Notes: generated by a model from the letters alone, not told the origin. DNA of 64,000 nt from an uncultured Candidatus Saccharibacteria bacterium (GCA_964583675.1 CAZOVH010000002.1:71548-135547); one strand, 5' to 3'. Shown: positions 19,980 to 30,872, numbered from the stretch's first letter. Made by a program: numbers and translations.

Positions 19980-22900
19980 CTATACCTCCTCCTCTTTAGT
20001 TTCTGCTGGCGCTTCCTCGGCGAGTACTTCAAAGTCGTCAACGGCACCGTCTTCAGCAAGATCAACCACGGCGGTATCAGGGGCAGTACCCATCAACAAT
20101 TCATCGTCGGCTAAATCGACAGCTTCTTCGTTCACTTCTTTGTCGATTGCTTCATCAGCGTCAATTTCTACATGATTGTGTTCAAGCTCAACCGCGAGTC
20201 CGAGTGACTGCAACTCTTTTACAAGTACGTTGAAGCTTTCCGGAACACGAGGACCCTTAATCTCTTCAGACTTAATGATGGCCTCGTAAGCCTTCGAGCG
20301 ACCAATCACATCGTCAGACTTAATGGTGAGCACTTCTTGGAGGGTGTGAGCAGCACCGTAAGCTTCGAGCGCCCATACTTCCATCTCTCCAAAACGCTGA
20401 CCACCCATCATGGCCTTACCACCGAGTGGCTGCTGTGTAACCATCGCGTACGGTCCAGTGGATCGAGCGTGGATCTTGTCATCAACCATGTGGTGAAGCT
20501 TCAGCATGTATTTCACACCAATCGTGGTCTTTTGGTCGAATGGTTCACCCGAGAAGCCGTGGTAGAGCTGAGCCTTACCATCTTCTGGCAAACCAGCACG
20601 CTTGAGTTCAGACTTGATGGTTTCGATATCAACACCATCAAGAACTGGGCTAGCCACCTTGTAGCCAAGCGCCTGAGCAGCCCAACCAAGGTGAGTTTCC
20701 AAAATCTGTCCGATGTTCATACGAGCACCAATTCCGAGAGGATTCAAAACAATATCAACCGGAGTGCCGTCTTCGAGGTATGGCATATCTTCAACCGGCA
20801 TTACCTTCGAGATAACACCCTTGTTACCGTGACGACCGGCCATCTTGTCTCCAACCGAAATCTTACGGAGCTGAGCGACAGCAACATAAATCTGCTGAGT
20901 TACGCCACTTGGGAGGTCATCGCCGTTTTCTCCTGAGAGAATCTTAACGCCAACAATCTTACCAGAGCTACCGTTTGGCATGCGCAAGCTCGAGTCTTTC
21001 ACTTCGCGAGCCTTTTCACCAAAGATAGCGCGCAAGAGTCGCTCTTCGGAGCTGAGTTCGGTTTCACCCTTCGGGCTAATCTTTCCGACCAAAATATCTC
21101 CGGCGGTTACTTCGGCACCAATACGGACGATTCCGTCTTCATTGAGATCCTTGAGTGCTTCGTCACCAACATTTGGAATGTCGCGAGTTACGAGCTCTGG
21201 TCCAAGCTTAGTGTCACGTACATCAATCTGGAAGGTTTCAATGTGGATTGAGCTATAGCGATCATCCTGCACGAGACGTTCAGAAATGATAATCGCATCT
21301 TCGAAGTTGTGTCCGTCAAAACTCATGAAAGCTACAAGCACGTTCTGACCGAGAGCTAGCTCACCATCGATGGTAGACATTCCGTCAGCTAGTACGTCGC
21401 CCTTCTTCACCTTCTCGCCAGCCGTTACAGCACAGCGCTGAGTCATAGCTTCACCTTGGTTTGAGCGGATAAATGTCATCAGCTCGTAGGTCTTCGACTT
21501 ACCGTCTTTGTATTTTACGGTAATTGTTTTAGCAGTAGCGCTAGTGACTTCACCGTCGCCTTCCGCCAAAATTACCTGACCAGAGTCTTCAGCCACACGG
21601 CGCTCAACACCAGTACCAACCACAGGAGCTTGCGGTCGCACCAAAGCGACTGCCTGCTTTTGCATGTTTGCGCCCATCAAGGCACGACGAGCATCATCGT
21701 GTTCCATGAATGGAATAAGGGCCGCAGATACGCCAACGATTTGCTGTGAAGAAATATCAACGTAGTTTACATCATCAGCAGAAAGCTCGGCAGCTTCACC
21801 GCCTATGCCACGAGCCGAGAAAACACTCTCTGCAAAGTAGCCATCTTCCTGCACCTTGGTGTTTGCCGGAGCAATTACCGCACGCTCTTCATCAAAAGCG
21901 TCGAGATATACAACTTCCTTGGTAACGCGAGCCTTCACCGGTACGGCTTCTACACCAGCCTTATCAAGTTTTTTCGCAACAGCATCGGTAATTTTTTCAC
22001 CAGCTTTTACAAGTACAGTGCCCTTGCTGTCTTTCACCTGACGACGAGCAATTTCGCCTACAGCCTTAGTCGGAGCAGCTTCGTTTACTACCTTGAGGTA
22101 TGGAGTTTCAATAAAGCCATACTCATTCACTTTGGCGTAACTAGCCATAGTAGAAACCAAACCAATATTCGGTCCTTCTGGAGTTTCAATCGGGCAAATA
22201 CGGCCGTAGTGAGTACGGTGTACGTCACGCACTTCAAAGCCAGCACGTTCACGGTTCAAGCCACCAGGACCCATCGCGTTCAAGCGGCGCTTGTGCACAA
22301 TTTCATCAAGTGGGTTGGTCTGCTGTAAGAACTGTGAGAGTTGGTGCGAAGCAAAGAATTCCTTCACGCTTGCAACCACTGGGCGCACGTTAATCATGAG
22401 CGATGGAGTTACGTTTTCTGGGTCTGCAACCGACATACGGTCTTTTACAATGCGCTCCATACGAGCAATACCTATGCGGAAACGGGCCTGCATAAGCTCA
22501 CCTACCATCTTCAGACGGCGGTTACCCAAGTGATCGATGTCTTCAGAAGGAGCTCCTTCGTTGGTCATGCGGATCACTTCCTTGAGGATTGCAACAAAGT
22601 CCTCAACACGTAGTACACGATTTTCACGGGTATTTTTCACATTTACACCAAGTCGCTTGTTCATCTTGTAACGACCAACCTTCGAGAGGTCGTAACGCTT
22701 AAAGTCGAAGAACATTGAGTCAATCAAGCTCTTAGAGTTCTCAACCGTCGCCAAATCACCAGGCCGAATTCGCTTATATACTTCCATCAACGCTTCAGCA
22801 GTCGAGCTTGATGGATCTTTTGCGATAGTTTCTGAGATAAAGCGCACTTCGCCGTTATCTACATCGCTAAACAGTTCCAGAAGATCACTATCAGAACCGT

Positions 22901-23480
22901 AACCAAAAGCACGGAGCAAAGTGGTTACTGGAAGCTTACGCTTGCGGTCAATCTTTACGCTAATTACGCCATTGGCTGCAGTCTCAACCTCGAGCCATGC
23001 ACCACGGGAAGGAATAATCTTTGCTCCAAAGTAACCAGAGTTTGAGTCATTGGTGAAAAATACACCAGCAGAGCGCACAAGCTGAGAAACAACTACGCGC
23101 TCAACCCCATTGATGATGAACGTACCGCGGGCGGTCATAATTGGGTAGTCACCCAAGAAGATTTCCTGCTTACGAACTTCACCAGTTTCTTTAATTAAGA
23201 GCTCCATCTGAGCACGGAGGCTAGCTTCGTAGGTAGCGTTCTTTTCTTTAGCTTCAGCTTCTGTCAGCTTTGGTTGCTCGTAGTGATAGTCCTTAAAAGA
23301 AAGTTCGTAGAGCTTTCCAGTAAAGTCTTCAATCGGGCTAATTTCTTCAAAAAGTTCGGCGAGACCTTCGCGAACAAACCAGTCATAACTTGTGTGCTGA
23401 ATCTCAACGAGATTAGGCAATGGCAAGATATCGGTGTGGTCCTTGAGGTACACGCGCTTTGCAGCAGCTTGTTTTGGCAT
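19980..23480 (-). CDS. rpoB: RNA polymerase beta subunit
   Basis: [48 protein letters not shown]. Confidence 0.99.
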   Translation of the reverse strand: MPKQAAAKRVYLKDHTDILPLPNLVEIQHTSYDWFVREGLAELFEEISPIEDFTGKLYELSFKDYHYEQPKLTEAEAKEKNATYEASLRAQMELLIKETGEVRKQEIFLGDYPIMTARGTFIINGVERVVVSQLVRSAGVFFTNDSNSGYFGAKIIPSRGAWLEVETAANGVISVKIDRKRKLPVTTLLRAFGYGSDSDLLELFSDVDNGEVRFISETIAKDPSSSTAEALMEVYKRIRPGDLATVENSKSLIDSMFFDFKRYDLSKVGRYKMNKRLGVNVKNTRENRVLRVEDFVAILKEVIRMTNEGAPSEDIDHLGNRRLKMVGELMQARFRIGIARMERIVKDRMSVADPENVTPSLMINVRPVVASVKEFFASHQLSQFLQQTNPLDEIVHKRRLNAMGPGGLNRERAGFEVRDVHRTHYGRICPIETPEGPNIGLVSTMASYAKVNEYGFIETPYLKVVNEAAPTKAVGEIARRQVKDSKGTVLVKAGEKITDAVAKKLDKAGVEAVPVKARVTKEVVYLDAFDEERAVIAPANTKVQEDGYFAESVFSARGIGGEAAELSADDVNYVDISSQQIVGVSAALIPFMEHDDARRALMGANMQKQAVALVRPQAPVVGTGVERRVAEDSGQVILAEGDGEVTSATAKTITVKYKDGKSKTYELMTFIRSNQGEAMTQRCAVTAGEKVKKGDVLADGMSTIDGELALGQNVLVAFMSFDGHNFEDAIIISERLVQDDRYSSIHIETFQIDVRDTKLGPELVTRDIPNVGDEALKDLNEDGIVRIGAEVTAGDILVGKISPKGETELSSEERLLRAIFGEKAREVKDSSLRMPNGSSGKIVGVKILSGENGDDLPSGVTQQIYVAVAQLRKISVGDKMAGRHGNKGVISKVMPVEDMPYLEDGTPVDIVLNPLGIGARMNIGQILETHLGWAAQALGYKVASPVLDGVDIETIKSELKRAGLPEDGKAQLYHGFSGEPFDQKTTIGVKYMLKLHHMVDDKIHARSTGPYAMVTQQPLGGKAMMGGQRFGEMEVWALEAYGAAHTLQEVLTIKSDDVIGRSKAYEAIIKSEEIKGPRVPESFNVLVKELQSLGLAVELEHNHVEIDADEAIDKEVNEEAVDLADDELLMGTAPDTAVVDLAEDGAVDDFEVLAEEAPAETKEEEV

Positions 23481-23736
23481 ACGTATCAGGCTCCTAAATT
23501 AAGTAAATTGTTGATGCTTATGTGGTGAGATAGGGTTAGCCCGGCTTTATGTAGGGCCGAGCTTCTATCTGAAAAATGTTTGTTTGGGGTTTAAGTTGTT
23601 GGATGAAATGGCGACGAGGGGTTTCTAAACACAAAAAACGCCTGCACACAAAAGTTGCAGCTTGATGTGATCAGCGTTTGAGTAAAAGTTTAAGCATCCT
23701 CTTACCACCCATTGTAGGGGGTATTTTCCAGGTTTG

Positions 23737-24984
23737 TCAAGCGTATTCGGCGGAGATTCCGCGAAATCGCAAAACTAGGAATGCACCAACAATAAACAGC
23801 ATAGCTCCAACTCCAGCAATCACCGCCAATGCGTTAAAGGTATCAGCCAGCAAACCGGCAGCAAAAACCGGCACTAATGCGGCAATATTTATCATCATAT
23901 TGAGTGTTCCAAACACCTGTCCACGCAAGCGATCTGTAGATGCGTACTGCAAAAGCGTCTGTGCCGAGACCAAAATCATGGCATTAAAGGCACCGAGCGT
24001 GAAGGTCATAATAATACTCATTGCCTTCAGGAAAGTGCCCTGGGAGCTGGCGCCAACAATCGGTAACGCAACCAATATAGCCGAGGCGCAGAAAAGTGAC
24101 ACAAAAATAACCTTCACCTTATTGCGATGCTGCAAGAGCTTGGCCGCGAACACCGAACCGAGCACCAACCCAATACCGGCCGGCATAACGAGCCAATAAC
24201 TTGATTGCTCTAGCCCCACCTGGAAGAATGACTCTGATAAGGCCGGCGCCAGTGCCGAAACGACACCAACGATTGTTTGCGCTAAGGCGATAAGTACCAT
24301 CGGGAACAGCAATACCTTAGAGCCAACAATCTCACCAAAGTGACCCTTAAGATCTCGAGCGATGGACCGACTAATCCCCTTGAGGTCAAACCTGCCCTCA
24401 TGCACGGCCGGGATACGTGGCAAGAGAAGCGAAAGCATCGTCGCCACCAAGAAAGCGATGGTCACAATAACATATACGGCGTGAATGCCAGACTTCGCGA
24501 TGACCGGGCCGGCCAGCGAATACCCAATAATAAAGCTGGCATTCAGCGTAAAGATAAACAGCGAGTTGGCCGCCACCAGCTCTTTTTTAGATACAAGTTT
24601 TGGCAACGCGGCACCTTCTGCGGGTACAAAAAATTGCGAGAATATCGAGATGAGAAAAACCAACATATATACCGCTAGTATTTGCGTGTCCAGGAAAATC
24701 AGCATCGGAACCAAAAGTGCCCGAAAGGCGTTCGTCCACACCAAAACTGTTTTGCGGTCACGATGATCTACGTACGCCCCAGCTGGAACAGCGAGAAAAA
24801 TCGCCGGCAAACCAATCGCTACAATCAGTAACGATACCGCGCTATTCGCAAACGAGGTCTGTGAAGCGATATCGTAAATGCGAATCAACAGCGCATAATT
24901 GAGCAGCTGAGCCGCAATCTGACTCGTAAGTTGTGCGCCCCAAAGTTTGAGAAATTGTCGGTTCTTGAGAACCTTAGAATACAT
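23737..24984 (-). CDS. MFS transporter (DHA3/macrolide-efflux-like)
   Basis: About 12 hydrophobic segments; AGAYVDHRDRK motif A; LRGQVFG. Confidence 0.9.
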   Translation of the reverse strand: MYSKVLKNRQFLKLWGAQLTSQIAAQLLNYALLIRIYDIASQTSFANSAVSLLIVAIGLPAIFLAVPAGAYVDHRDRKTVLVWTNAFRALLVPMLIFLDTQILAVYMLVFLISIFSQFFVPAEGAALPKLVSKKELVAANSLFIFTLNASFIIGYSLAGPVIAKSGIHAVYVIVTIAFLVATMLSLLLPRIPAVHEGRFDLKGISRSIARDLKGHFGEIVGSKVLLFPMVLIALAQTIVGVVSALAPALSESFFQVGLEQSSYWLVMPAGIGLVLGSVFAAKLLQHRNKVKVIFVSLFCASAILVALPIVGASSQGTFLKAMSIIMTFTLGAFNAMILVSAQTLLQYASTDRLRGQVFGTLNMMINIAALVPVFAAGLLADTFNALAVIAGVGAMLFIVGAFLVLRFRGISAEYA

Positions 24985-25035
24985 AGCGCGCTTCCATCAC
25001 CTCTATTGTATGGGAGTTTACAGAAGAAGAGAAGC

Positions 25036-25653
25036 TTACTTGTCCTGTTTCGTAGGTGTTTTGGTGATTACCTTATCAACCAGGCCGTACTTCGCAGCTT
25101 CATCGGCGCTCATCCAGTAATCGCGATCCGAGTCTGAAGCAATTTTTTCAACCGACTGCCCAGAGCGATCAGCCAACATCGCGTTGAGCTTTTCACGAAT
25201 TTTGATGATTTCCTTGGCGGTAATCTCAATATCTGCCGCCGTACCCTCAAAACCACCGCTGGGCTGATGAATCATCACTCGGCTATTCGGCAAGGCAAAA
25301 CGCTTACCCTTGGCACCCATTGCGAGGAGAAACGCGCCCATTGATGCGGCCATGCCAACACAAATAGTCGAAACATCCGGCTTGATGTGCTCCATGGTGT
25401 CAAAAATCGCCAGACCAGCTGAAACACTGCCGCCCGGGGAATTGATGTAGAGCGTGATGTCCTGGTTTGGGTCTTCGCTTTGCAGAAATAGTAACTGAGC
25501 GATGATAAGATTCGCCACGGTGTCATCTACGCCCGTACCCAAAAAGATAATGCGCTCTTTTAAGAGCCGCGAATAAATGTCGTAGGCCCGCTCACCCATC
25601 GCGGTCTTCTCAATTACCGTTGGCACCAAAAGTGAATTGTGAATCGTATCCAT
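25036..25653 (-). CDS. clpP: ATP-dependent Clp protease proteolytic subunit
   Basis: [39 protein letters not shown]. Confidence 0.99.
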   Translation of the reverse strand: MDTIHNSLLVPTVIEKTAMGERAYDIYSRLLKERIIFLGTGVDDTVANLIIAQLLFLQSEDPNQDITLYINSPGGSVSAGLAIFDTMEHIKPDVSTICVGMAASMGAFLLAMGAKGKRFALPNSRVMIHQPSGGFEGTAADIEITAKEIIKIREKLNAMLADRSGQSVEKIASDSDRDYWMSADEAAKYGLVDKVITKTPTKQDK

Positions 25654-25669
25654 ATACCCTCCTCGCTTG

Positions 25670-26956
25670 TTACTTCTTCTGCTTCGCCTGATCGCACAGC
25701 CAATCGACGGCTTTTTGCGTTACGATGCGGTTCGAAAGATCATTCTTAAACTCGTCGCGGTCTAGTTCTGCCAAAATCTTCGGATCAGAGTAGTTCATGC
25801 GCATTTTCTCAAGGCTATCGGTCACTTCGTCAACAGTGGCGGTAAACTTCTGCTTTTCAATAATGTCGCGAATAATCAGGCCAATGGCGATACGGCGGCG
25901 TGCCTCCACGTGGAGTTCTTCGTGGAATTCTTTTGGATCTTTACCCTGAACTTTCAGCCAGTCTTCTAGCTTCATGCCAGATGATTCAACCTGGTGTTCG
26001 TACTGATGCTCCAGTTCGTGCGCCTGATTGTCTTCTAGCATCTTAGAAACTGGCAATTTCGTTTCTGTAATCACCTTGTCGAGCACTTCTGTTTCGTAAG
26101 TCTTCCGGTAATCGTCATCTTTACCAGTCTGAATGTTACTCTTAACATCATTTTTCAGGTCAGCGAGTTTTTCAAACTTCATATCTAGGCTTTTAGCAAA
26201 AGCATCGTCAAGCTTTGGCAACGCAATCTCGCGTACTTCATGCACTTTGGCAGTAAAGGTTACTACTTTCCCTGCAAGATCGGCGGCGTGATACTCTTCT
26301 GGAAATGTAATATCAAAGGTCTTCTCGTCGCCCTTTTTCATGCCAACCAGCTCTTCTTCGTAGCCCGGGATAAACTTACCACTTCCAAGCTCCAAAAGAT
26401 GATTCATTCCGGCAGCGCCTTCAACTGGCTTGCCTTCACGCACACCTTCAAAGTCAAAACGTACTTCATCGCCCATTTTCGCAGCCCGGCTTACGCTCTT
26501 GCGCTCGGCGGCCTGACGCTGCAATTCTTCCAAAGCAGTCTTCACTTCATCTTCACTGGTCTGTGGCGGATCGTATTTTACGCGTACCTTGGTGTAGTCA
26601 TAGTCAATCGTTGGAACAATCGCGATTTTTGCTACGTATTCCATTTCATCAAACGGTACAAACTTTGTTACTTCTACCTTTGGCTCGGCCAGTGGCTGAA
26701 TGTCGTGCCCCTGAATTGCTTCGGTGTAGGTTGCAGCCAGAACTTTTTCTACAACTTCTAGCTGAAGTTTAGCTTGGTCAAGCTCACGCTCCACCATCTC
26801 GTCTGGCGCTTTGCCCGGACGAAACCCAGCTACTTTTACACCAGCTTTTAGCTTCTGCAATACAGCAGCTTTGGCGCTCTGCAGCTCCTCTTTAGTTACT
26901 ACTACAGTTAATTCAAGTTCAGCGGCTTCCCGCTTGGAAATGGTTGCTTTTGTCAT
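25670..26956 (-). CDS. tig: Trigger factor
   Basis: GFRPGKAP signature; FKBP domain ([22 protein letters not shown]). Confidence 0.97.
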   Translation of the reverse strand: MTKATISKREAAELELTVVVTKEELQSAKAAVLQKLKAGVKVAGFRPGKAPDEMVERELDQAKLQLEVVEKVLAATYTEAIQGHDIQPLAEPKVEVTKFVPFDEMEYVAKIAIVPTIDYDYTKVRVKYDPPQTSEDEVKTALEELQRQAAERKSVSRAAKMGDEVRFDFEGVREGKPVEGAAGMNHLLELGSGKFIPGYEEELVGMKKGDEKTFDITFPEEYHAADLAGKVVTFTAKVHEVREIALPKLDDAFAKSLDMKFEKLADLKNDVKSNIQTGKDDDYRKTYETEVLDKVITETKLPVSKMLEDNQAHELEHQYEHQVESSGMKLEDWLKVQGKDPKEFHEELHVEARRRIAIGLIIRDIIEKQKFTATVDEVTDSLEKMRMNYSDPKILAELDRDEFKNDLSNRIVTQKAVDWLCDQAKQKK

Positions 26957-26991
26957 AATAGCTAAATTTTACCAAACTGTGGATAAATAAT

Positions 26992-27018
26992 CTAGCACTC
27001 TGTGGGGATGAGTGCTAG
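26992..27018. promoter_or_regulatory. CIRCE-like (HrcA) operator upstream of tig-clpP
   Basis: CTAGCACTC-N9-GAGTGCTAG versus consensus TTAGCACTC-N9-GAGTGCTAA. Confidence 0.8.
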
Positions 27019-27021
27019 TTC

Positions 27022-27057
27022 AAACTTAAAACACCCCTTGCGGAGTGCCTTAAGTTT
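27022..27057 (-). terminator. Displaced terminator of tRNA-Leu (chromosomal arm of attB)
   Basis: Minus strand CACCA-AACTTAAGGCACTCC-GCAA-GGGGTGTTTTAAGTTT; would directly follow the tRNA if 27062-30723 were removed. Confidence 0.75.
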
Positions 27058-27241
27058 GGTGAGATTTTACAACCTCGCTAGAACCTATTTTGAGGAAAAT
27101 TGCTAAATTGCAGCCCCGCCGCCTAGCGGGTGCTTGCACCCGCTGCGCCCCGCCAGAAAAAACCGTCCTTTGCATTTTTTGAGATTTCCCCCGCCGATAT
27201 TTTTTGGATTTGGGAAAGGTCGGTTTTTCTGTTGGGTCGCC
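27057..27241 (+). repeat. 185-bp inverted repeat, copy A (core + P' arm, left junction)
   Basis: Reverse complement of 28723-28907; identical by eye. Confidence 0.92.
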
Positions 27242-27287
27242 TGCCATAAATGGCAGAGGCGGACGGGGCTTCGCCGAGCAGCGACAA

Positions 27288-27632
27288 CTAAGGGAGCTGA
27301 ATTAAACCGATAGGATTGCCATCTATATCTTTGACGGTGGCCATGAGTATACCGCCGCCAACGTCTTTGGCGTCTTGGTGTGTTGTTGCACCAGCAGCCA
27401 AGAAGGACTTAATAGCTTTTTGTATATCGTCAACTTTCCAGTAACTTACTGGCCCAGTCATACCATCGGTGTGGCCGTTGGGGTCAAGACCGATTTCTTG
27501 GCTGTCGCCTACTTGAAAACCAACATAAAACGGCTCGTCAAAATACGGCTCAACACCGAGTAATTTGCGATACAACCCTTTGGCTTTCGCCAAGTCTTTA
27601 ACTGGATAAATAACCGATTTGATACCCTGCAT
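27288..27632 (-). CDS. VOC/glyoxalase family protein
   Basis: YPVKDLAKAKGLY..EIGLDPNG..YWKVDDI..DVGGG..KDIDGNPIGL; SD before ATG 27632. Confidence 0.9.
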   Translation of the reverse strand: MQGIKSVIYPVKDLAKAKGLYRKLLGVEPYFDEPFYVGFQVGDSQEIGLDPNGHTDGMTGPVSYWKVDDIQKAIKSFLAAGATTHQDAKDVGGGILMATVKDIDGNPIGLIQLP

Positions 27633-27646
27633 AGTTTCTCCTTTAT

Positions 27647-27916
27647 TTAATCTTTCCAGTTCCACCATAGTAGCTTGCCCGGGTCGGGGTGTGTTGTACT
27701 AGCGTAATACACCGCACCACGAAAGACATACAAAATACAGCGGTCAATATGGCCGCCAACTTGCGCCATAAGCCGCTCGTACATCTCCTCTGGGTTTTGG
27801 TCTTTGAGGTCAGACGGCTGCTTATAGCCCAACGATATTAAATCGGCAGCTATCGACTTGCCGACACCCGGAATATTAGTAAACTTGGTTGCTTGCTGGA
27901 TGGGAACTGCCTTCAT
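27647..27916 (-). CDS. Helix-hairpin-helix protein (Cdd1/mitomycin-resistance-like)
   Basis: IPGVGKSIAADL..LG..DLKDQNPEEMY..DRCILYVFR..WWNWKD. Confidence 0.85.
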   Translation of the reverse strand: MKAVPIQQATKFTNIPGVGKSIAADLISLGYKQPSDLKDQNPEEMYERLMAQVGGHIDRCILYVFRGAVYYASTTHPDPGKLLWWNWKD

Positions 27917-28671
27917 GCTCTGCTAGTATGCACCTTATATGGCCAATCGTATTGTAAAAATCCGTCATATTCATCGTGCAAGGCTTTTGGTGTCGTACCA
28001 GAAAGCAAACGAATATCATGGGTCATGTGTGCTTGGTCTACATAGTCGAAGTCGGCGGCCAGACTGCCAAGACGAGGCTGTTCTTGTAAAAGCAGCTCAC
28101 CTGCTACGGCCAGTTGGCGGTTGATACGGACAAATTGCTTGGGGGCGAGGCCAACATATCGGCGGAACTTCCGTTCTATGGTTCGTGGGCTGAGTAGCTG
28201 GTGAGAAACAAAGTTTGTATCGCCTGTTCGCACTAGCGCTACGAGTATGTCATCTAGCGCTTTATCTGTCGTTAAAACTTTCTGCAATACCAACGTTTTC
28301 ACAAGCACCGCAAGCTGTGGGAGTATCGGCTTTGCGATTTGTAAGGAGGCATTAGGCAGGAGTTGCGTAAGCGGAACAGACCCGTCTTGATAGCCTGCCA
28401 AATCGGACTCAAGCGCTGCAAAATAGACACCTGGCCGAAAACGAACACCGTAACTACGAACGCTGGAGTCTAGTGGCATAACAATGGCTTTCGTCATCGG
28501 TCCGACAAACTCAAACTCATAGCTATCGCCGCACACATGCACCACGAGATCCCATGAACCGTCTGGCAAAACACGCAGCTCCGCGTCGTTTGTCGTGGAT
28601 ACTTCCCAGAAGCGATGCACGAAAGGCTTGAGGTCATCGGACGGTTTGATGTGTTTAATAATTATGGGCAT
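27913..28671 (-). CDS. AraC-family transcriptional regulator
   Basis: RVLPDGSWDL..GVRFRPG..SPRTIERKFRRYVGLAPK..YVDQAHMTHD. Confidence 0.9.
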   Translation of the reverse strand: MPIIIKHIKPSDDLKPFVHRFWEVSTTNDAELRVLPDGSWDLVVHVCGDSYEFEFVGPMTKAIVMPLDSSVRSYGVRFRPGVYFAALESDLAGYQDGSVPLTQLLPNASLQIAKPILPQLAVLVKTLVLQKVLTTDKALDDILVALVRTGDTNFVSHQLLSPRTIERKFRRYVGLAPKQFVRINRQLAVAGELLLQEQPRLGSLAADFDYVDQAHMTHDIRLLSGTTPKALHDEYDGFLQYDWPYKVHTSRA

Positions 28672-28722
28672 ATGTATCTATTTTACATGAACTGAGGAAC
28701 TTTCGTTGTAAATCGGAGCTAT

Positions 28723-29040
28723 GGCGACCCAACAGAAAAACCGACCTTTCCCAAATCCAAAAAATATCGGCGGGGGAAATCTCAAAAAATGCAAAGGACG
28801 GTTTTTTCTGGCGGGGCGCAGCGGGTGCAAGCACCCGCTAGGCGGCGGGGCTGCAATTTAGCAATTTTCCTCAAAATAGGTTCTAGCGAGGTTGTAAAAT
28901 CTCACCAGAAATGGACTAAAGTCAGAATTAGCGGCGCGTTGCGCCGTTTTTTCTTTGGCTGCGCGGAGCGCAGACCAAATGTTTTCAGGGGGGAGAAAAG
29001 AACTTTGGGCAGCCCTTGGCTGCGCCTTTTTGGTTTTTAG
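28723..29040 (-). repeat. Intact inverted attP-like site (P arm-core-P' arm) inside the element
   Basis: 28723-28907 is the reverse complement of 27057-27241; 28903-29040 is the reverse complement of 30586-30723 (about 93 bp identical, then diverged); shared core 28903-07. Confidence 0.88.
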
Positions 29041-29079
29041 CCGCCATAGGCGGTTTCTGGTAAAATAGTAAGTGGACAC
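28858..29079 (-). CDS. 73-aa ORF reproducing the recombinase C-terminus in its unintegrated form (..DFSPFLVRFYNLARTYFEENC)
   Basis: Reads across the internal attP copy; expression uncertain. Confidence 0.35.
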   Translation of the reverse strand: MSTYYFTRNRLWRLKTKKAQPRAAQSSFLPPENIWSALRAAKEKTAQRAANSDFSPFLVRFYNLARTYFEENC

Positions 29080-29187
29080 AAACTAATTTCGGCAAATCTT
29101 TTTCGATGGCTTTAATAGCCGTCCCGTACAAATTGGGTTTGCCTAGTTTGTGTCCAGCGGGGCGGCTATTTAAGTTGAGGGGGTGTC

Positions 29188-30849
29188 ATGCAAAACAATA
29201 AATATTATCTGTACGCCAGAAAGTCTACTGACGTAGAGGACAAACAGGTTTTGTCCATTGAGGCGCAACTGGTAGAGTTGCGAGAGTATGCCAAAAGAGA
29301 AAACTTATATATTGCAGCCGAGTTCATAGAGAAAAAGTCAGCCAAAACGACAGGCAGACCAGTATTTGGCAAACTGTTGGCTGAAATCGAAAAAGATGGC
29401 GGCAATATTTTGGCGTGGCACCCTGACAGACTTGCTAGAAATAGCGTAGACGGTGGGCAGATTGTCTATTTGCTAGACAGCGGACAACTCGGCACGCTCA
29501 AGTTTCCCTCTTTTTGGTTTGAGAACACGTCACAGGGCAAGTTTATGCTCTCAATAGCTTTTGGACAGTCCAAATATTATGTAGACAATCTGTCCGAGAA
29601 CACTAAAAGAGGTTTGCGCCAAAAAGTGCGGCGGGGCGAACGTCCTGGGCTTGCGCCTGTGGGCTACATAAATGATGTTAGGACAAAAACGGTTGTCGTA
29701 GACAAACGGCGTTCGCCGATTGTCATTGAGGCTTTTTCGTTGTACGTCAAAGGCGATCAACGGCTTGAGGATATCGCCACTTTTCTAGCAAGTAAAGGAA
29801 TACTAACGAAGTCTGGCAAACAGTTTCCGAAAGATAAAATTAAGCGCATACTCACCAATCCGTTTTACTATGGGCATTTCCGTTATTTTGGCGAGATACA
29901 CGAGGGCAAACATACAGCCATAATTTCCAAGAAACTTTTTGACGAGGTGCAAGCTACGCTTGCAAAGCGTGGGCGACCGCAAAAAGGCGCAACTGCGCCG
30001 CAAATATTTTGCGGTTTGCTCAAATGTGCAACGTGTAAACTGTCCGTTACTGCCGAGAAAAAGATAAAGCACCAAAAGAACGGCAATATTCACGAGTATG
30101 TGTATTATCGTTGCACAAGAAAGCACAAAACAATCCGTTGCACCGAGCCAGCCGTAACTGAGCATGATTTAGTAGCGCAGTTGGCGGACATTTTGTATAG
30201 CTACGCTATGCCACAAGCGTGGGCGATTACGCTGGGCAAAATGCTGGACGAGGACGAAAAGAAAACCAACCAAACATCTGGCTTGTTTGTGGCGGGCGCA
30301 CAAACACGACTTGCGAGCTTGCAGGGCAAGCTCCAGCGACTTTTAGACAGTTATTTAGACCAAGATATCGACCAGAACTCTTATCGCAGTAAACAGGGCG
30401 AGCTAATGTCCGAGAAAAAGTCGCTGGAGGAGCAAGTCAGCAAGCTAACGCTTGCCGCCGGAAGTTGGGTTGAACCTATGCACCAGTGGCTCAAACAATC
30501 CGTTTCTCTCTGTGAAGTTGCTAAAAATGGAAGTTATGCAGACATTAAGCAGGCATTTCTTGAAATGGACGGATTGAACCTGTTTCTAAAATCCAAAAAA
30601 GCGCAGCCAACGGCTGCCCCAAACGCAGCTCTCCCCCCTGAAAACATTTGGTCTGCGCTCCGCGCAGCCAAAGAAAAAACGGCGCAACGCGCCGCTAATT
30701 CTGACTTTAGTCCATTTCTGGTGCGGATGAAAGGACTCGAACCTTCACGTCTTGCGACACTAGCTCCTAAGGCTAGCGTGTCTACCAGTTCCACCACATC
30801 CGCTCGTCGCAAGCGAATTCACTTTGTCTTGCTCAGTGGCGATAATTAA
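29188..30849 (+). CDS. Large serine recombinase (resolvase + recombinase + Zn-ribbon + coiled coil)
   Basis: YARKST catalytic Ser, DRLARN, GLLKCATC..YYRC..C; last 40 codons run antisense through tRNA-Leu. Confidence 0.95.
   Translation: MQNNKYYLYARKSTDVEDKQVLSIEAQLVELREYAKRENLYIAAEFIEKKSAKTTGRPVFGKLLAEIEKDGGNILAWHPDRLARNSVDGGQIVYLLDSGQLGTLKFPSFWFENTSQGKFMLSIAFGQSKYYVDNLSENTKRGLRQKVRRGERPGLAPVGYINDVRTKTVVVDKRRSPIVIEAFSLYVKGDQRLEDIATFLASKGILTKSGKQFPKDKIKRILTNPFYYGHFRYFGEIHEGKHTAIISKKLFDEVQATLAKRGRPQKGATAPQIFCGLLKCATCKLSVTAEKKIKHQKNGNIHEYVYYRCTRKHKTIRCTEPAVTEHDLVAQLADILYSYAMPQAWAITLGKMLDEDEKKTNQTSGLFVAGAQTRLASLQGKLQRLLDSYLDQDIDQNSYRSKQGELMSEKKSLEEQVSKLTLAAGSWVEPMHQWLKQSVSLCEVAKNGSYADIKQAFLEMDGLNLFLKSKKAQPTAAPNAALPPENIWSALRAAKEKTAQRAANSDFSPFLVRMKGLEPSRLATLAPKASVSTSSTTSARRKRIHFVLLSGDN
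30586..30723 (+). repeat. 138-bp inverted repeat (P arm + core, right junction) within the recombinase 3' end
   Basis: Reverse complement of 28903-29040. Confidence 0.9.
30719..30803 (-). tRNA. tRNA-Leu(TAG), encoded CCA
   Basis: GCGGATG acceptor stem, TGGTAGAC D-loop, CTAGC-CT TAG GA-GCTAG anticodon arm, long variable arm, GGTTCGAGTCC, ACCA end. Confidence 0.97.
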
Positions 30850-30872
30850 TCTTAACACCACTGAGCAAGACA
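30826..30872. repeat. 14-15 bp perfect inverted repeat upstream of the tRNA, at the recombinase stop
   Basis: TGTCTTGCTCAGTGG...CCACTGAGCAAGACA; a second IR AAATTCAAATT/AATTTGAATTT follows near 30895-30919. Confidence 0.6.

Larger units (their letters stand above)
27057..30723. mobile_element. Serine-recombinase integrative element (~3.67 kb) at the tRNA-Leu 3' end
   Basis: TGGTG core at both junctions (27057-61 and 30719-23); recombinase plus AraC/HhH/VOC cargo; excision restores the tRNA plus terminator. Confidence 0.85.

Noticed and set aside
26978-26986. Perfect DnaA box TGTGGATAA upstream of tig
   Set aside because: Single copy, no box cluster or dnaA nearby; not evidence for oriC and may be chance.
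27050-29040. ORFs 27050-27247(-) and 28789-29040(+) sharing MQRTVFSGGAQ...
   Set aside because: Translations of the two copies of the att-arm inverted repeat; no SD or coding signal.
30534-30812. 92-aa minus-strand ORF
   Set aside because: It is the tRNA-Leu gene and att arm read as protein.
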